A stretch of 64,000 nucleotides of DNA, taken from positions 1 through 64,000 of the IMG/VR virus record IMGVR_UViG_3300036771_000101. One strand, written 5' to 3'. This DNA comes from a virus. Position 1 is the first letter of the stretch. Every line of letters starts with the position of its first letter. Below are positions 35,323-45,336 of this stretch, piece after piece. The notes under the pieces were generated by a model that saw only the letters and a program-made list of their open reading frames with translations, was not told the origin of the DNA and did no database searches. A program made the translations under genes and the position numbers.

Positions 35323-35823
35323 ATGACTTTCATCCCGAACGACGTCGTCGGCGGGACGCAAACGCAACACGCGATTGCGTCTCCCGACGCTGTCGACTTC
35401 ATGATCATGCTCGCCGCGGACGCCGGAATTGGCGTTGTCTCCGGGTTGACCGTCACTCCCAACAGTTCTGGTGTCAACCTGAACGTCAACATCGCGGCGG
35501 GTACGGTCCTGATCAACGGGATGCAATACAGCATCGCTGCCGTTACGAACCTGACCGTGGCTGCAGCAGACGGTACGAACCCCCGGTTCGACCTGATCGT
35601 GTGCTCATCCACGACCGTGTCACGGACAGGAGGGACGGCGGCAGCGAACCCGGTGTTCCCTGCCATTCCGGCGAGCTCGGCGGTGCTCGCCGCTGTCTAC
35701 ATTCCTGCAGCGGCAACGTCGATCACGGCGACGAACATTGTGGATAAGCGCGTGATTATGTCGCCCGGCGGGGTTCCGAAGAACTACGCGGCCCGTACTT
35801 ACGCTCGGGGGACTTGGAGGTAG
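35323..35823 (+). CDS. minor tail/baseplate protein
   Basis: 'GVVSGLTV...NIAAGTVLING...AADGTNPRFDLIV...P..P.IP...LAAVYIPA...I.D.R' is a widespread phage tail domain. Confidence 0.75.
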   Translation: MTFIPNDVVGGTQTQHAIASPDAVDFMIMLAADAGIGVVSGLTVTPNSSGVNLNVNIAAGTVLINGMQYSIAAVTNLTVAAADGTNPRFDLIVCSSTTVSRTGGTAAANPVFPAIPASSAVLAAVYIPAAATSITATNIVDKRVIMSPGGVPKNYAARTYARGTWR

Positions 35824-35826
35824 CGG

Positions 35827-36234
35827 ATGGCGACCGATCCGCAGTTCGCAGCAGTGGTGTCGGTGGCGGCGGCTCAGTTGACGGGGGCTGCGGAGACGAG
35901 CCTCACGGCTCCGACGACGGCGACAACGGTTCTGACGGCCGGAGCCAACGGCACGAAGATAGAGGAGATCGTGATTCACGCGATCGGGGCGAGCTTGACC
36001 CAGGCGACAACGGCGGGATTCGTCTATGTCTTCATCAACGACGGGTCCTACCGTCTCTATGACACGATCCCGATCACGGCGGTGACGCCGAGCGCCGGGA
36101 CCACTGCGCCGTTCCGTGTCAGTCGCACGTACACGAACCTGTGGATCAAGTCTGGCTCGACGTTGCGGGCGAGCAACTCCGTCGTTGGCAATCAGAACTT
36201 TCTCATGATGTTGGTGTTCGGTGGTGACTACTGA
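35827..36234 (+). CDS. virion protein, paralog of 10120-10719
   Basis: MATDPQFAA...KIEEIVI. Confidence 0.75.
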   Translation: MATDPQFAAVVSVAAAQLTGAAETSLTAPTTATTVLTAGANGTKIEEIVIHAIGASLTQATTAGFVYVFINDGSYRLYDTIPITAVTPSAGTTAPFRVSRTYTNLWIKSGSTLRASNSVVGNQNFLMMLVFGGDY

Positions 36235-37031
36235 TGAACAAGGGCGTGCCGAGCGGGGTGGCAGCAGAGAACCTGATCCCTGCTGGGGTCATCTGGGAGT
36301 TTGGCGGGAATGCCGCCGACATCCCGGTTGGTTGGCTGCTGTGCGATGGGTCAGCGGTCAATCGAGCGCAGTACTCGCGGTTGTTCAAAGCGATCGGCGT
36401 GTTGCATGGCTCTGGGAATGGCACGACGACATTCAACTTGCCGAATCGGCAAGGTCGAGTGGGTGTCGGTCAAGACGGCTCAGCCGAGTTCGCGAACGTG
36501 GGTTCTGTCGGTGGATCGAAGACGACCACCGCTTCGCACACCCACGCCACGACGACTGGAACGCCCAGTTCCACGAATACGGATGTTCCCAGTTCGAACT
36601 CCACCAGTTACCTGAGTGGGAACACCGGTGGGCAGGATGCTGTGACGTGGTGGGTGAACCAGGACCATGCCCATGGTACCGGGTTCATGTACGCCAACGC
36701 ATCGAACCACACCCACTTTTACAACAACCCGAATGCTGGCGGTACGGTCGGGCTGACGCCGGGGTCCAACACGTACCAGTTCTTGCCGTTGGGGGCCCAG
36801 ACCGGCACTGGGTACGTCGACCACCAGCACGGAACGTACGGTGAGGACACGAACCATAACCACAACATGAACAGCCACGTGCATGACCACAGCCACGGCC
36901 ACGATTTGCAGTCACATACGCACAGCATGCAGGGCCACACGCACACTGGCACGTCTGGCGACTCAAGCACGACAGCTTCGGCGGGTAACTTGAGCCCGTA
37001 CGTGGCTGTCAACTACATGGTCAAAATCTGA
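36234..37031 (+). CDS. tail collar domain fibre protein
   Basis: IPAGVIWEFGG...GWLLCDGSAVNRAQYSRLF.AIG...TTFNLP; many HxH motifs; C-terminal NLSPYVAVNYMVK. Confidence 0.9.
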   Translation: MNKGVPSGVAAENLIPAGVIWEFGGNAADIPVGWLLCDGSAVNRAQYSRLFKAIGVLHGSGNGTTTFNLPNRQGRVGVGQDGSAEFANVGSVGGSKTTTASHTHATTTGTPSSTNTDVPSSNSTSYLSGNTGGQDAVTWWVNQDHAHGTGFMYANASNHTHFYNNPNAGGTVGLTPGSNTYQFLPLGAQTGTGYVDHQHGTYGEDTNHNHNMNSHVHDHSHGHDLQSHTHSMQGHTHTGTSGDSSTTASAGNLSPYVAVNYMVKI

Positions 37032-37052
37032 GGCGGACGAAAGGAGGAGGGA

Positions 37053-37280
37053 GTGGCACTGCGTATCGAGTGTGACAACTGTGGAGCGCAGCTAGGCGAG
37101 GAGTTCATCCGGGTGCAGGTGAATTGGCGCGGGACGATCGCTGACATTTGCTTGCCATGCTTCATGACGAAGACCTCGTTTGAAGACACGTTCTACAGCC
37201 AGATCGACCGTCCCGACATGCCACCTCCTCCGAATCCGGATGTGCCTACGGCGAAGACTCCTCAGTGGGTGAGGCCGTGA
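37053..37280 (+). CDS. small Zn-finger protein
   Basis: CDNC...CLPC; SD AGGAGG. Confidence 0.65.
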   Translation: MALRIECDNCGAQLGEEFIRVQVNWRGTIADICLPCFMTKTSFEDTFYSQIDRPDMPPPPNPDVPTAKTPQWVRP

Positions 37281-38017
37281 AGTGGCGTCGCAAGCGTCCA
37301 GTGATCGAGTTCGTGACAGACAACGAACGGATCCGAGAGTTCTTTCCTCCCGTCCCAGCTGCGCGTTTGGTGCCCGACTGGTTTCGACAGGCGAAGCTGA
37401 CACACGGTGAACCCAAGACGGTTCGTCGCCGTGGGGACCTCACCATCAAGGGCTGCCCTGGGGTTCATGACTACCTGAGCCTCGGTTACATCATCCCGAT
37501 GTGGGCAGACCACATTATCTCTGCCGTCGATGGCGGGTTCTCCTACGATGTCGACTATCCGCCGCAGCATTCGATCACGTCCTTCCCGCCAGTTCAGTGG
37601 GATGCCGTCCCGCGAAGAGAGCAGGAGCACGCCAACGTCCTGAAGCTTGCGCTTCCCTGGGAACTTCGAACTCCAAAGGGTTGGTCAATCCTTCTGATGG
37701 AACCGTGGTATCACCGTGAAGATCGTTGGACGGTCATGCCTGGGGTCGTGGACAGTGACATTCTGGGGACGCTCAATCTCGTAGCGTTGTGGCACTTGCC
37801 GGTGGGTGAGCAGACCTTGATCAAAGCTGGAACGCCGCTGGTGCATGTCATTCCCTTCCGGCGGGACCGCCTCGATCTGTCGGTCATCGCCGACAAGGAC
37901 CGGTTCGCTGACATTGTGGGCCGGGGGGTACGGGCGACGGGCGTGTCTAGCTCAAGGTTCGCTACCGGGGCGTACCGCGAAGTGCAGCGTCAAGCTCGCG
38001 AATCGTCTCGTGGTTGA
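37265..38017 (+). CDS. DUF6065-like / dUTPase-fold-like phage protein
   Basis: PVPA..PDWF..TIKGCPG..D....GYIIP...PW...TP.GWS.L...PGVVD.D...IKAGTPL...IPF.R; start may be GTG 37277. Confidence 0.65.
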   Translation: MGEAVKWRRKRPVIEFVTDNERIREFFPPVPAARLVPDWFRQAKLTHGEPKTVRRRGDLTIKGCPGVHDYLSLGYIIPMWADHIISAVDGGFSYDVDYPPQHSITSFPPVQWDAVPRREQEHANVLKLALPWELRTPKGWSILLMEPWYHREDRWTVMPGVVDSDILGTLNLVALWHLPVGEQTLIKAGTPLVHVIPFRRDRLDLSVIADKDRFADIVGRGVRATGVSSSRFATGAYREVQRQARESSRG

Positions 38018-38026
38018 GGAGGAGTC

Positions 38027-38212
38027 ATGCCTATTCTGAATATTTGGCGTTGCCCGGTGTGTGGCAAGGAGAGCGAAGCTTCTCTGACTCAGCCACCGAA
38101 CTGGATCTCGGTCGGGGGTTCGCCGGGGGCGGGGGGTGCGGGCAACGAAGTGTTCGATCAGTGGCAGTGCGTAGCGACCTACGCCCAGGAGAATCAACCG
38201 TCAGGGTCTTGA
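38027..38212 (+). CDS. small Zn-binding protein
   Basis: SD GAGGAGGAG; WRCPVCG...FDQWQCV. Confidence 0.6.
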   Translation: MPILNIWRCPVCGKESEASLTQPPNWISVGGSPGAGGAGNEVFDQWQCVATYAQENQPSGS

Positions 38213-38238
38213 CGGTGAGCCAGGAGAACGCTGCGTAA

Positions 38239-39084
38239 GTGCCGACTTTCCGTCTTCGTCGGAGCATTGGGAGCTCGGCGCTACGATCCAGCGTGGCGGG
38301 CGGTGCTCCTGGGGACACGCTGCGTTACAGCGTTGTTCTCTCCCCGACGACTTCGGACACGCTAACTCTCACCGACACCAACACGCAGCGACGCAACGTT
38401 CTGGCCCGCCCGGACAGCGACACGCTTACTGCGGCTGACACAAACACGAGAGACTACGATCCGAAGCGGGCACTGTCGGAGACGTTAGCGGAAGCCGACA
38501 GCATCACTCGGGTGGTTGGACGAGCTCGGGCAGCAAGCGACACCGAGACGCTCAGCGACACGGTTGCTCGACGTAATGTTCTCGCTCGTCCGAACGCTGA
38601 GACGACGACAGAAGGCGACTCCCTCACCCAGACAGACGCGCCGAAACGAGCGCTCTCCGATGCTCTGGTTCTGAGCGATACTCAAACACGGGACTACGAC
38701 CCGAAGCGGGCCATCTCGGATACCGAAATGACCGTGGACACGGCGGCGCGGTCGAATGCGCAGGGCCGTTCCGGGTCCACGGAAGCTACTGTCTGGACAG
38801 ATACGTGGACGTCGCTACGGAACCTGAAACGAGCGATCTCAGATCAGTGGTCGACTGGCGTCAGTCCGATCCCAGAACGACTCTCACCTGACTACATCCG
38901 CACGGCTATCCATTACGTCGGGCCAGTCAGCTACATCCAGGACGACCCCGACGCCGCTGACGCCAACTGGATCGTGTGGGACGGGATGCTCGGCGAGCTC
39001 AGGGTGAGTTTCCCTCAGCCTGCCGGTAACCCCACGACTGGTGCGGGGCTGCAGGAATTCCGCATTCGGGTGCGGCCAGGATGA
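38239..39084 (+). CDS. SDT-repeat fibre protein ending in the N-half of the QDDPD domain
   Basis: ~20-aa R..SDT.T..D repeats; ends IQDDPD...ELRVSFP...LQEFRIRVRPG. Confidence 0.75.
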   Translation: MPTFRLRRSIGSSALRSSVAGGAPGDTLRYSVVLSPTTSDTLTLTDTNTQRRNVLARPDSDTLTAADTNTRDYDPKRALSETLAEADSITRVVGRARAASDTETLSDTVARRNVLARPNAETTTEGDSLTQTDAPKRALSDALVLSDTQTRDYDPKRAISDTEMTVDTAARSNAQGRSGSTEATVWTDTWTSLRNLKRAISDQWSTGVSPIPERLSPDYIRTAIHYVGPVSYIQDDPDAADANWIVWDGMLGELRVSFPQPAGNPTTGAGLQEFRIRVRPG

Positions 39085-42000
39085 CCCAACGTCTCGCTCC
39101 TGATGCTCTTCTACTCCAGACCAACCTCGTTGGGGCTGTTGGCGCCATCCAGGACGACCCGGACTCTCCTGACGCCAGTTGGCTCACGGCGAGCTCCACC
39201 ACCGCTGCGTCGATTCTGCGGGTCTCCTTCCCGACGCCCACGGGATCGCTACCGCAGGGTGCGGGTTTGCAGGAGTTCCGGGTCTGGGTCCGTAAGACGA
39301 GCGCTTCGGGTACGCCGACCACGACGATCGAGTTGTGGGAGAACGGCACGCTGAAGTCGACGCTGCTGGCAGCGACCAACATCACTTCAACTACCGGACA
39401 GCTTCTCTCGGCCACATGGAACTCGTCGTCTCTGACGACTGCCGACGGTTCGCTGGTTGAGTGCCGCCTCACGGGCACTGTCGGAGGTTCGGGTGGTAAC
39501 CGGGCCACGATGGAAGTTGGAGCCGTCGAGTGGAACGCCACCACCGGCATCTACTCGGTCTCGATCTCCGATTCACTGACTGAAGCGGACACGGTTGCCA
39601 GTTCTGTATATCTCTCGCCGTCGATCTCCGAGACGGACACTACCGCCGACACTGTCGCCACTGTCATCTCTCGCATCAGGACAGCGGCTGACGCTCTCGT
39701 TCTCACCGATGTGGCAACGAACCCTCTTCTCTCCGTAGAACTGTGGGAGAACGGCGCCTTCGTTGCGTCCCTCGGTCAGTACAACATTTCCGACGGGGTT
39801 CTCTCCGTCACCTGGAACGCTTCGCTGCTCTCCCAAGCCAGCGGAGCGGGAGTCGAGCTCCGTCTCGTTCCGCTCTACGCGGCTGTTGATCTCGGAGCCG
39901 TCGAATGGAACGTGACACGGGCGTATAGCGGTGACTTCGCTCGCCAACAACACGTCGTTACACGCACCTGTTCTGACTCCGTAACACTGACCGGCACGGT
40001 TGGTGGTGCTGCCCAGTTCGCCACCGCCACGGACACGGTTACTACTGCCGATGCGAACACGCAGCGACGCAATACTCTCGCTCGACCAATCAGCGAGACC
40101 GTCGCCGAAGCTGACGCCGTCAGCCGCGATTACGACCCGAAGCGTGCAACGTCTGATACCGAAACGACCGTTGATACGGTTGCACGTGGAGTGTCCTTCG
40201 CCCGAGGGCCAGCCGATACCATCACAACTGGCGACACCGGTACCCGAGCCAACGGTTTGCAGCGCCCAACGACAGAGACGACCACCGACGCGGACACGAA
40301 CATCCGTGACTACGACCCGAAACGCTCACTGTCTGACACGCTGTCCCTCACAGATACAGTCACTCGTTCCGAACCTGCAAGCAGAACGGGTGCAGACACG
40401 TGCACCTTCGCCGACACCGCGACTCGCTCGATCGGGCTGCAACGCACCGGATCGGAGACGCTCACCACCTCGGATTCGGCCGCAACATCGACCGTTCGCC
40501 ACTACGCCCGTGCCGTAAGCGAAGTTCTCGCCGAAGCGGAAGCTCTTCTCCGGTCAGAGTCTCTGGCTCGCGGTCCGCCGGAGACCTGCACTACCTCAGA
40601 TTCGGTAACGAGATCCGAACCGCAGGCCCGTCCCGTCTCGGAAACGCTCACCACTTCTGATTCTGGGGCAGCCTCACGGCATGATACGCGTGCTACCGCC
40701 GATACTGAGACCACTGGCGAGACAGTGGTTCGCTCGGAGGTGCTGGGGCGCAGCAACGCAGATACGTGCACCACCTCTGACTCTGGGTCCGGGTCTTCGA
40801 CGCGGCCGCGTGCTATCTCCGATACTGAGACAACCACCGACACCGTCACTCGGTCGGTGTCCGAACCGCGGTCGAGCTCGGACACTGAAACGACATCGGA
40901 TTCGGCTGCTGTCAGCCGTGCGCTTGGCAGACCGACCAGCGATACGGCTGGCCTAGCTGACACGGCGACACGCAGCGACACGCTGAGTCGTTCGAATAGC
41001 GATACATGCGGAGTGGCAGAAACGTGTGCTCGGTCCTCTGCCGATGCCCGTCCACTCAGCGACACGGTGGGTCTGGCGGACACGGTATCGAGAACGGCGA
41101 TCAGACCTCGGTCAATCTCCGATTCGGTCACGCTGACCGATACGGCGGCGCGGTCGCTGGTTCGGTCAGCAGCAATCAGCGACACGCTCACCACTGCGGA
41201 AACCGTCACCCGAGGGGTGTCGGAGCACAGATCACCCAGCGACACGGTGACTGACGCCGATTCCGTCACTCGGGGTGAGACAACCAACCGGACGAGCTCC
41301 GACACGATCACTCTGACTGACACGGTCGCTCGCGGCATGAGTCTCACTCGCACAGCCAGCGACACGGTGACGCTCACTGATTCGGTGACCACGGCGAGCC
41401 GGGGTGCGAGTCGGGCTATCTCGGAGACGGTCACCACGGTCGAAACGGTTGTGCGGTCTGTTGGTCAGGCCCGTGCCCCTCCAGAAACCGTCACGAGCGG
41501 GGATGCGACAACCCGAACCGAGTCGCTAGCACGGACTGGCTCCGACACGTGGTCGACGTCGGAAACAACGTCGACGCCGTCAGTGACGCGCTCGGGCGCC
41601 GACACGCTGACAACGACTGACACGGCAGATCGAAGCACGGCCGAGAGCCGTTCTGGAACCGAAAGCCTGGTGACGAGCGACACGATCGTTCGGTCGCTCA
41701 CCGACGCGCGTACGGGCTCCGACGGTCTGGGCCTGGCAGACACGGTCACTGCGTCGAGCTCAACAACCCGGACCGCTTCTGATTCGCTCACGGAGACCGA
41801 GACGGTCCTCCGAGGTGAATCTCTTGCTCGGTCGCCATCGGAAACCTGCACGCTGACCGATGCAGGCTCGGTTACGGCGACACGACCGCGGGTCATCTCC
41901 GACACGCTCACCGAAACCGAAACGGTCGTTCGGACAGAAGATCTTGCTCGGACGGGTTCTGATTCCACGACGAGCTCTGATTCGGGATCTGGGTACTCCA

Positions 42001-42608
42001 CCCGACCCAGATCCACTTCCGAGACACTCACGCTCACCGAGACGGCAGGACGGGCTCTCTCTGAGTCTCGGACGATCAGCGATACCCGTGTGCAGAGCGA
42101 CACGAGTGCTTCCTCGACTGCTCCTCATCGAACCGCATCAGAAACTGAGAGCACCGCGGACGCCGTTGCTTCCGCACGGGTTGCATCCAAGACTGTTTCC
42201 GATACGTGCACTCTTGCCGAGACGGCAACGCGGGTTCTTGTCGGGTCTCGGACCATCTCCGATACCCGTGTGCAGAGCGACACGATCAGTCGCTCCGAAG
42301 CTCTCCACCGGACCGCATCCGACACGGAGAGCACAGCGGACGCAGTCGTTTTCAGTCGTGTCGTTGGGTTCTCTGGAACGTCAGCCGGTGTTTCCGGCGT
42401 TCCGAACGCCACGCTGACGGTTCAGAACCTCCGAGGGTCGACAGCGGGGACTTCAACGGTCAGTGGATCTCTCCGGATGATCTGGGGGCTCTCTCTCCTC
42501 TATGAAGGAGAGAGCAGCTACCTTGTTCTTGATCCAGTAGTTGCTGCAATTCCATTGCCGCCGTCCATGGTGATCACCGGTAGTGGACGAACGAGAGTGA
42601 GGGCCTAA
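39081..42608 (+). CDS. long repeat fibre protein (1175 aa)
   Basis: Complete QDDPD domain, an extra C-half, then ~40 imperfect ~20-aa Ser/Thr/Arg repeats. Confidence 0.8.
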   Translation: MTQRLAPDALLLQTNLVGAVGAIQDDPDSPDASWLTASSTTAASILRVSFPTPTGSLPQGAGLQEFRVWVRKTSASGTPTTTIELWENGTLKSTLLAATNITSTTGQLLSATWNSSSLTTADGSLVECRLTGTVGGSGGNRATMEVGAVEWNATTGIYSVSISDSLTEADTVASSVYLSPSISETDTTADTVATVISRIRTAADALVLTDVATNPLLSVELWENGAFVASLGQYNISDGVLSVTWNASLLSQASGAGVELRLVPLYAAVDLGAVEWNVTRAYSGDFARQQHVVTRTCSDSVTLTGTVGGAAQFATATDTVTTADANTQRRNTLARPISETVAEADAVSRDYDPKRATSDTETTVDTVARGVSFARGPADTITTGDTGTRANGLQRPTTETTTDADTNIRDYDPKRSLSDTLSLTDTVTRSEPASRTGADTCTFADTATRSIGLQRTGSETLTTSDSAATSTVRHYARAVSEVLAEAEALLRSESLARGPPETCTTSDSVTRSEPQARPVSETLTTSDSGAASRHDTRATADTETTGETVVRSEVLGRSNADTCTTSDSGSGSSTRPRAISDTETTTDTVTRSVSEPRSSSDTETTSDSAAVSRALGRPTSDTAGLADTATRSDTLSRSNSDTCGVAETCARSSADARPLSDTVGLADTVSRTAIRPRSISDSVTLTDTAARSLVRSAAISDTLTTAETVTRGVSEHRSPSDTVTDADSVTRGETTNRTSSDTITLTDTVARGMSLTRTASDTVTLTDSVTTASRGASRAISETVTTVETVVRSVGQARAPPETVTSGDATTRTESLARTGSDTWSTSETTSTPSVTRSGADTLTTTDTADRSTAESRSGTESLVTSDTIVRSLTDARTGSDGLGLADTVTASSSTTRTASDSLTETETVLRGESLARSPSETCTLTDAGSVTATRPRVISDTLTETETVVRTEDLARTGSDSTTSSDSGSGYSTRPRSTSETLTLTETAGRALSESRTISDTRVQSDTSASSTAPHRTASETESTADAVASARVASKTVSDTCTLAETATRVLVGSRTISDTRVQSDTISRSEALHRTASDTESTADAVVFSRVVGFSGTSAGVSGVPNATLTVQNLRGSTAGTSTVSGSLRMIWGLSLLYEGESSYLVLDPVVAAIPLPPSMVITGSGRTRVRA

Positions 42609-42790
42609 TGACAGACACACCCGTCCCTGACGAAATCACTACGTTGACGCAACGCGTCGCTGATCTTGAAGCGGTGATCGCTCAGCTGATGGCGGATCCA
42701 CGAGTTGGACGCCGGGTTCTGAGAGATGCGCAGGGGAACGCGCAGGTGAGTCGGATCGTACAGCGGGCTGGCGAGACGCCGCCCGGTTGA
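42608..42790 (+). CDS. small coiled-coil protein
   Basis: 60 aa, TAATG overlap. Confidence 0.55.
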   Translation: MTDTPVPDEITTLTQRVADLEAVIAQLMADPRVGRRVLRDAQGNAQVSRIVQRAGETPPG

Positions 42791-42801
42791 GGAGATAGTT
42801 C

Positions 42802-45336
42802 GTGGCGCCAGTTCTGCGGGGTCGTGCTGTTGCGGCCACCGATTCAAACTTTTCCAGCACGGTCACGGTCCCGCTCAGTTCGTTGGCGCCGTCGGCGGCG
42901 CAGGTTGGCGACGTGATGGTGATGTTCGTCTGGCAGCCGGGGACCGTGTCAACCATCACCATCCCGACTGGCTGGACGCAGGACATTGCCTACCCTTTGT
43001 CGGGCAGCAGTCTCGTTGTGGCGCACCGGGTCAAGCAGGCGGGTGACCCGAGCTCCTGGACGGTAACCGGAATTGAACACACGGCCACCAACCAAGTCAC
43101 CTACGGCATGTGGGCGTACAGCGGAGCGTCAGACAGTTTCTACGGCGTGTACGCCCAGGGCGGCACGGACACTTCACTGGAGACGTACAGCGTCAACACG
43201 CTCGCCGACATGGCGGTTGTCACGTGGCTCTCCGCTGAGGACGGCGATAACCCCGCCGCGAGGATCAACCTCCCTTCGGAGCTCACCCCGCGACTGAACA
43301 ACATCACCTACGTCGCGTTCGGCGACGCCGAGGTGTATGTCCCGGGCGGAACGACCGTTGGACCGTACACGGCGACGAGGAGCGGGGCGTGGTCCGCTCC
43401 ATGGGCCTACTTCATGATCCTCATGGATGGGATCCACCCGCCGCCCATGAACGACAACTGGGCCAACGCAACGGATCTCGGTCGGGCTGTCTCCGGATCG
43501 TTCTCCGGCACCACGAAGGGCGCCACGTCGGAAGACGTCGAAGACACGATCTTCACGGATGCCAGCGTCTGGTACGGCTGGACAGCCCCCGACCGTGGAG
43601 TGCTGACGCTTACCCCGGAACCGAACTACGGCCAGCTCGATGTGTGGATCGGATCACCACTGGCGCAGACATGGAACGTTTTCGACACTGCCGACGTCGC
43701 CGTCGGGGATGGCTCTTATCGGCTAGCAGTCTCTGTGTTCGCTGGGGTCCATTACTGGATACGAGTATCCGACTCCGCGGACTTCACCGTGAACTGGACC
43801 TTCGAGGACTTCCCGGTTGGTTGCGTGCCAGCCGAAGAATGGATCGCAGCCGGGTTCGTTCGTCGCTACATGACAGACGACCAGTACGCCGATCTCTACC
43901 GCGGTTTGAAGGTAGCTCCAGACTTTGCTACTGCACTGATCACCACGGACCACGCCACGTTCAGTCCGCTGACGCTTCCGATCACGGGTGATTGGACATC
44001 GACCAACTTCATTGTCAGCGACGGTCCCTGCGCAGCTATCGGAGGGTGGATCTTCCCCGGCGAGAACCACGGTCTTGCTTCGGCTGGTCTCGTCATCACC
44101 AACGACGCGGGGCGCACCTGGAAATACCCGAGCAGCGTTTTCTTACACGACCACGATCAGCATCCCGACCCGACTGATCCCAACGATCACGACGTCTTCA
44201 TCGACTATGACAAATGGACCGACCAGGGAGCCGTGGGCAACGGTCGGATGGTCGTGATCGGCTACGTGACCCATCCAGACTCGGTTCTCGATGAGACGGG
44301 GGCGTCCGCGGCGTTCTTCGGTGATTCGGCACCTCGGGTTATCAGTGCTCCGAGCGACGATCTCTCGACGTGGGGGACGGCGTCGATCTCTTATCTCACG
44401 GCAACGCCGCTGACCCATCATTACGATTCGATCTACCCGGGTGGAGATGAGTTTCCGTTTGGGCTTCAACCACACTTCGTTATGTTGGCGTTCGCTGGGG
44501 GCTACTTCTTCGTTGTGGCCGAACCTGATCTCATTGGTGGGCTCTACGGGGAAGACCCGCCGGGTTACACAGCACCCGACGAGCTCGCCCACATGTGGCG
44601 AAGCCTTGATGGCATCACCTGGATTGAAACTGGGCGACTTCCGGAGACAAATTCGGCGCTGCGGGCGATCGCCAGCGACGGTACGAAATGGATCGGTTCG
44701 GGTTTCTGGTACGACAATCCTCCCTACGGAGGAAGTTACAGTTTCAACCGAAGCGGTCCCAGTCACGGTCACCCCTTTGGAGGCACGCGACACAAGGCCA
44801 TGTGGAGATCGTTGGATGCCGGGAATACCTGGGTCATCGTCGCTGACGACCTTTCTGAGCATCTCAATCCGATCGTCTGCGACCATGGGGTTTGGTTGGC
44901 AGCTGGTAGTACCGGGCTCCACCGCAGCGACGATGGTGAAACTTGGACACTCGTGCGAACGCTTTACAACATTTCGGATATCTACTGGGACGGTGATCGC
45001 TGGTGGGTGAGCCGGGGCGGTGTCGACGCCGTCGCCACTGTTTGGACCGGATCTTCAGATGGTCTGACGTGGACTCCGATCACCACCAATTTTGACGATG
45101 GGCAGGCGTTCGGAAGTTTCTTCAGTCGCGGCTACTGCATCGGGGTTCGGAAGGTCGTTCCTGTGTATGTCCCGCCGAACCGCACTCCTCGCGCCGATAT
45201 CCCGGTGCAGCAAGTCGAACTTCATCTTCCCTCGGGGCGGGGGAGTCCACGCACTCGCGTGAAGGTTGGTAGCGACAGCATCATCCAGATGACATCACGA
45301 GATCCGCAACCGCCTACTTCTGGATCGCCAACATGA
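42802..45336 (+). CDS. receptor-binding-like protein with BNR/Asp-box (sialidase-like) propeller
   Basis: T.D.GRTW, S.DG.TW, S.D.G.TW Asp-boxes; 'PPMNDNWANA...G.T.GATSE..SVWY.WTAP..G' PPC-like domain. Confidence 0.75.
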   Translation: MAPVLRGRAVAATDSNFSSTVTVPLSSLAPSAAQVGDVMVMFVWQPGTVSTITIPTGWTQDIAYPLSGSSLVVAHRVKQAGDPSSWTVTGIEHTATNQVTYGMWAYSGASDSFYGVYAQGGTDTSLETYSVNTLADMAVVTWLSAEDGDNPAARINLPSELTPRLNNITYVAFGDAEVYVPGGTTVGPYTATRSGAWSAPWAYFMILMDGIHPPPMNDNWANATDLGRAVSGSFSGTTKGATSEDVEDTIFTDASVWYGWTAPDRGVLTLTPEPNYGQLDVWIGSPLAQTWNVFDTADVAVGDGSYRLAVSVFAGVHYWIRVSDSADFTVNWTFEDFPVGCVPAEEWIAAGFVRRYMTDDQYADLYRGLKVAPDFATALITTDHATFSPLTLPITGDWTSTNFIVSDGPCAAIGGWIFPGENHGLASAGLVITNDAGRTWKYPSSVFLHDHDQHPDPTDPNDHDVFIDYDKWTDQGAVGNGRMVVIGYVTHPDSVLDETGASAAFFGDSAPRVISAPSDDLSTWGTASISYLTATPLTHHYDSIYPGGDEFPFGLQPHFVMLAFAGGYFFVVAEPDLIGGLYGEDPPGYTAPDELAHMWRSLDGITWIETGRLPETNSALRAIASDGTKWIGSGFWYDNPPYGGSYSFNRSGPSHGHPFGGTRHKAMWRSLDAGNTWVIVADDLSEHLNPIVCDHGVWLAAGSTGLHRSDDGETWTLVRTLYNISDIYWDGDRWWVSRGGVDAVATVWTGSSDGLTWTPITTNFDDGQAFGSFFSRGYCIGVRKVVPVYVPPNRTPRADIPVQQVELHLPSGRGSPRTRVKVGSDSIIQMTSRDPQPPTSGSPT

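Noticed and set aside
34551-35747. 398-aa + strand ORF
   Set aside because: Off-frame overlap of two better genes (34597-35310 and 35323-35823); Arg/Asp/His composition typical of a shifted frame.
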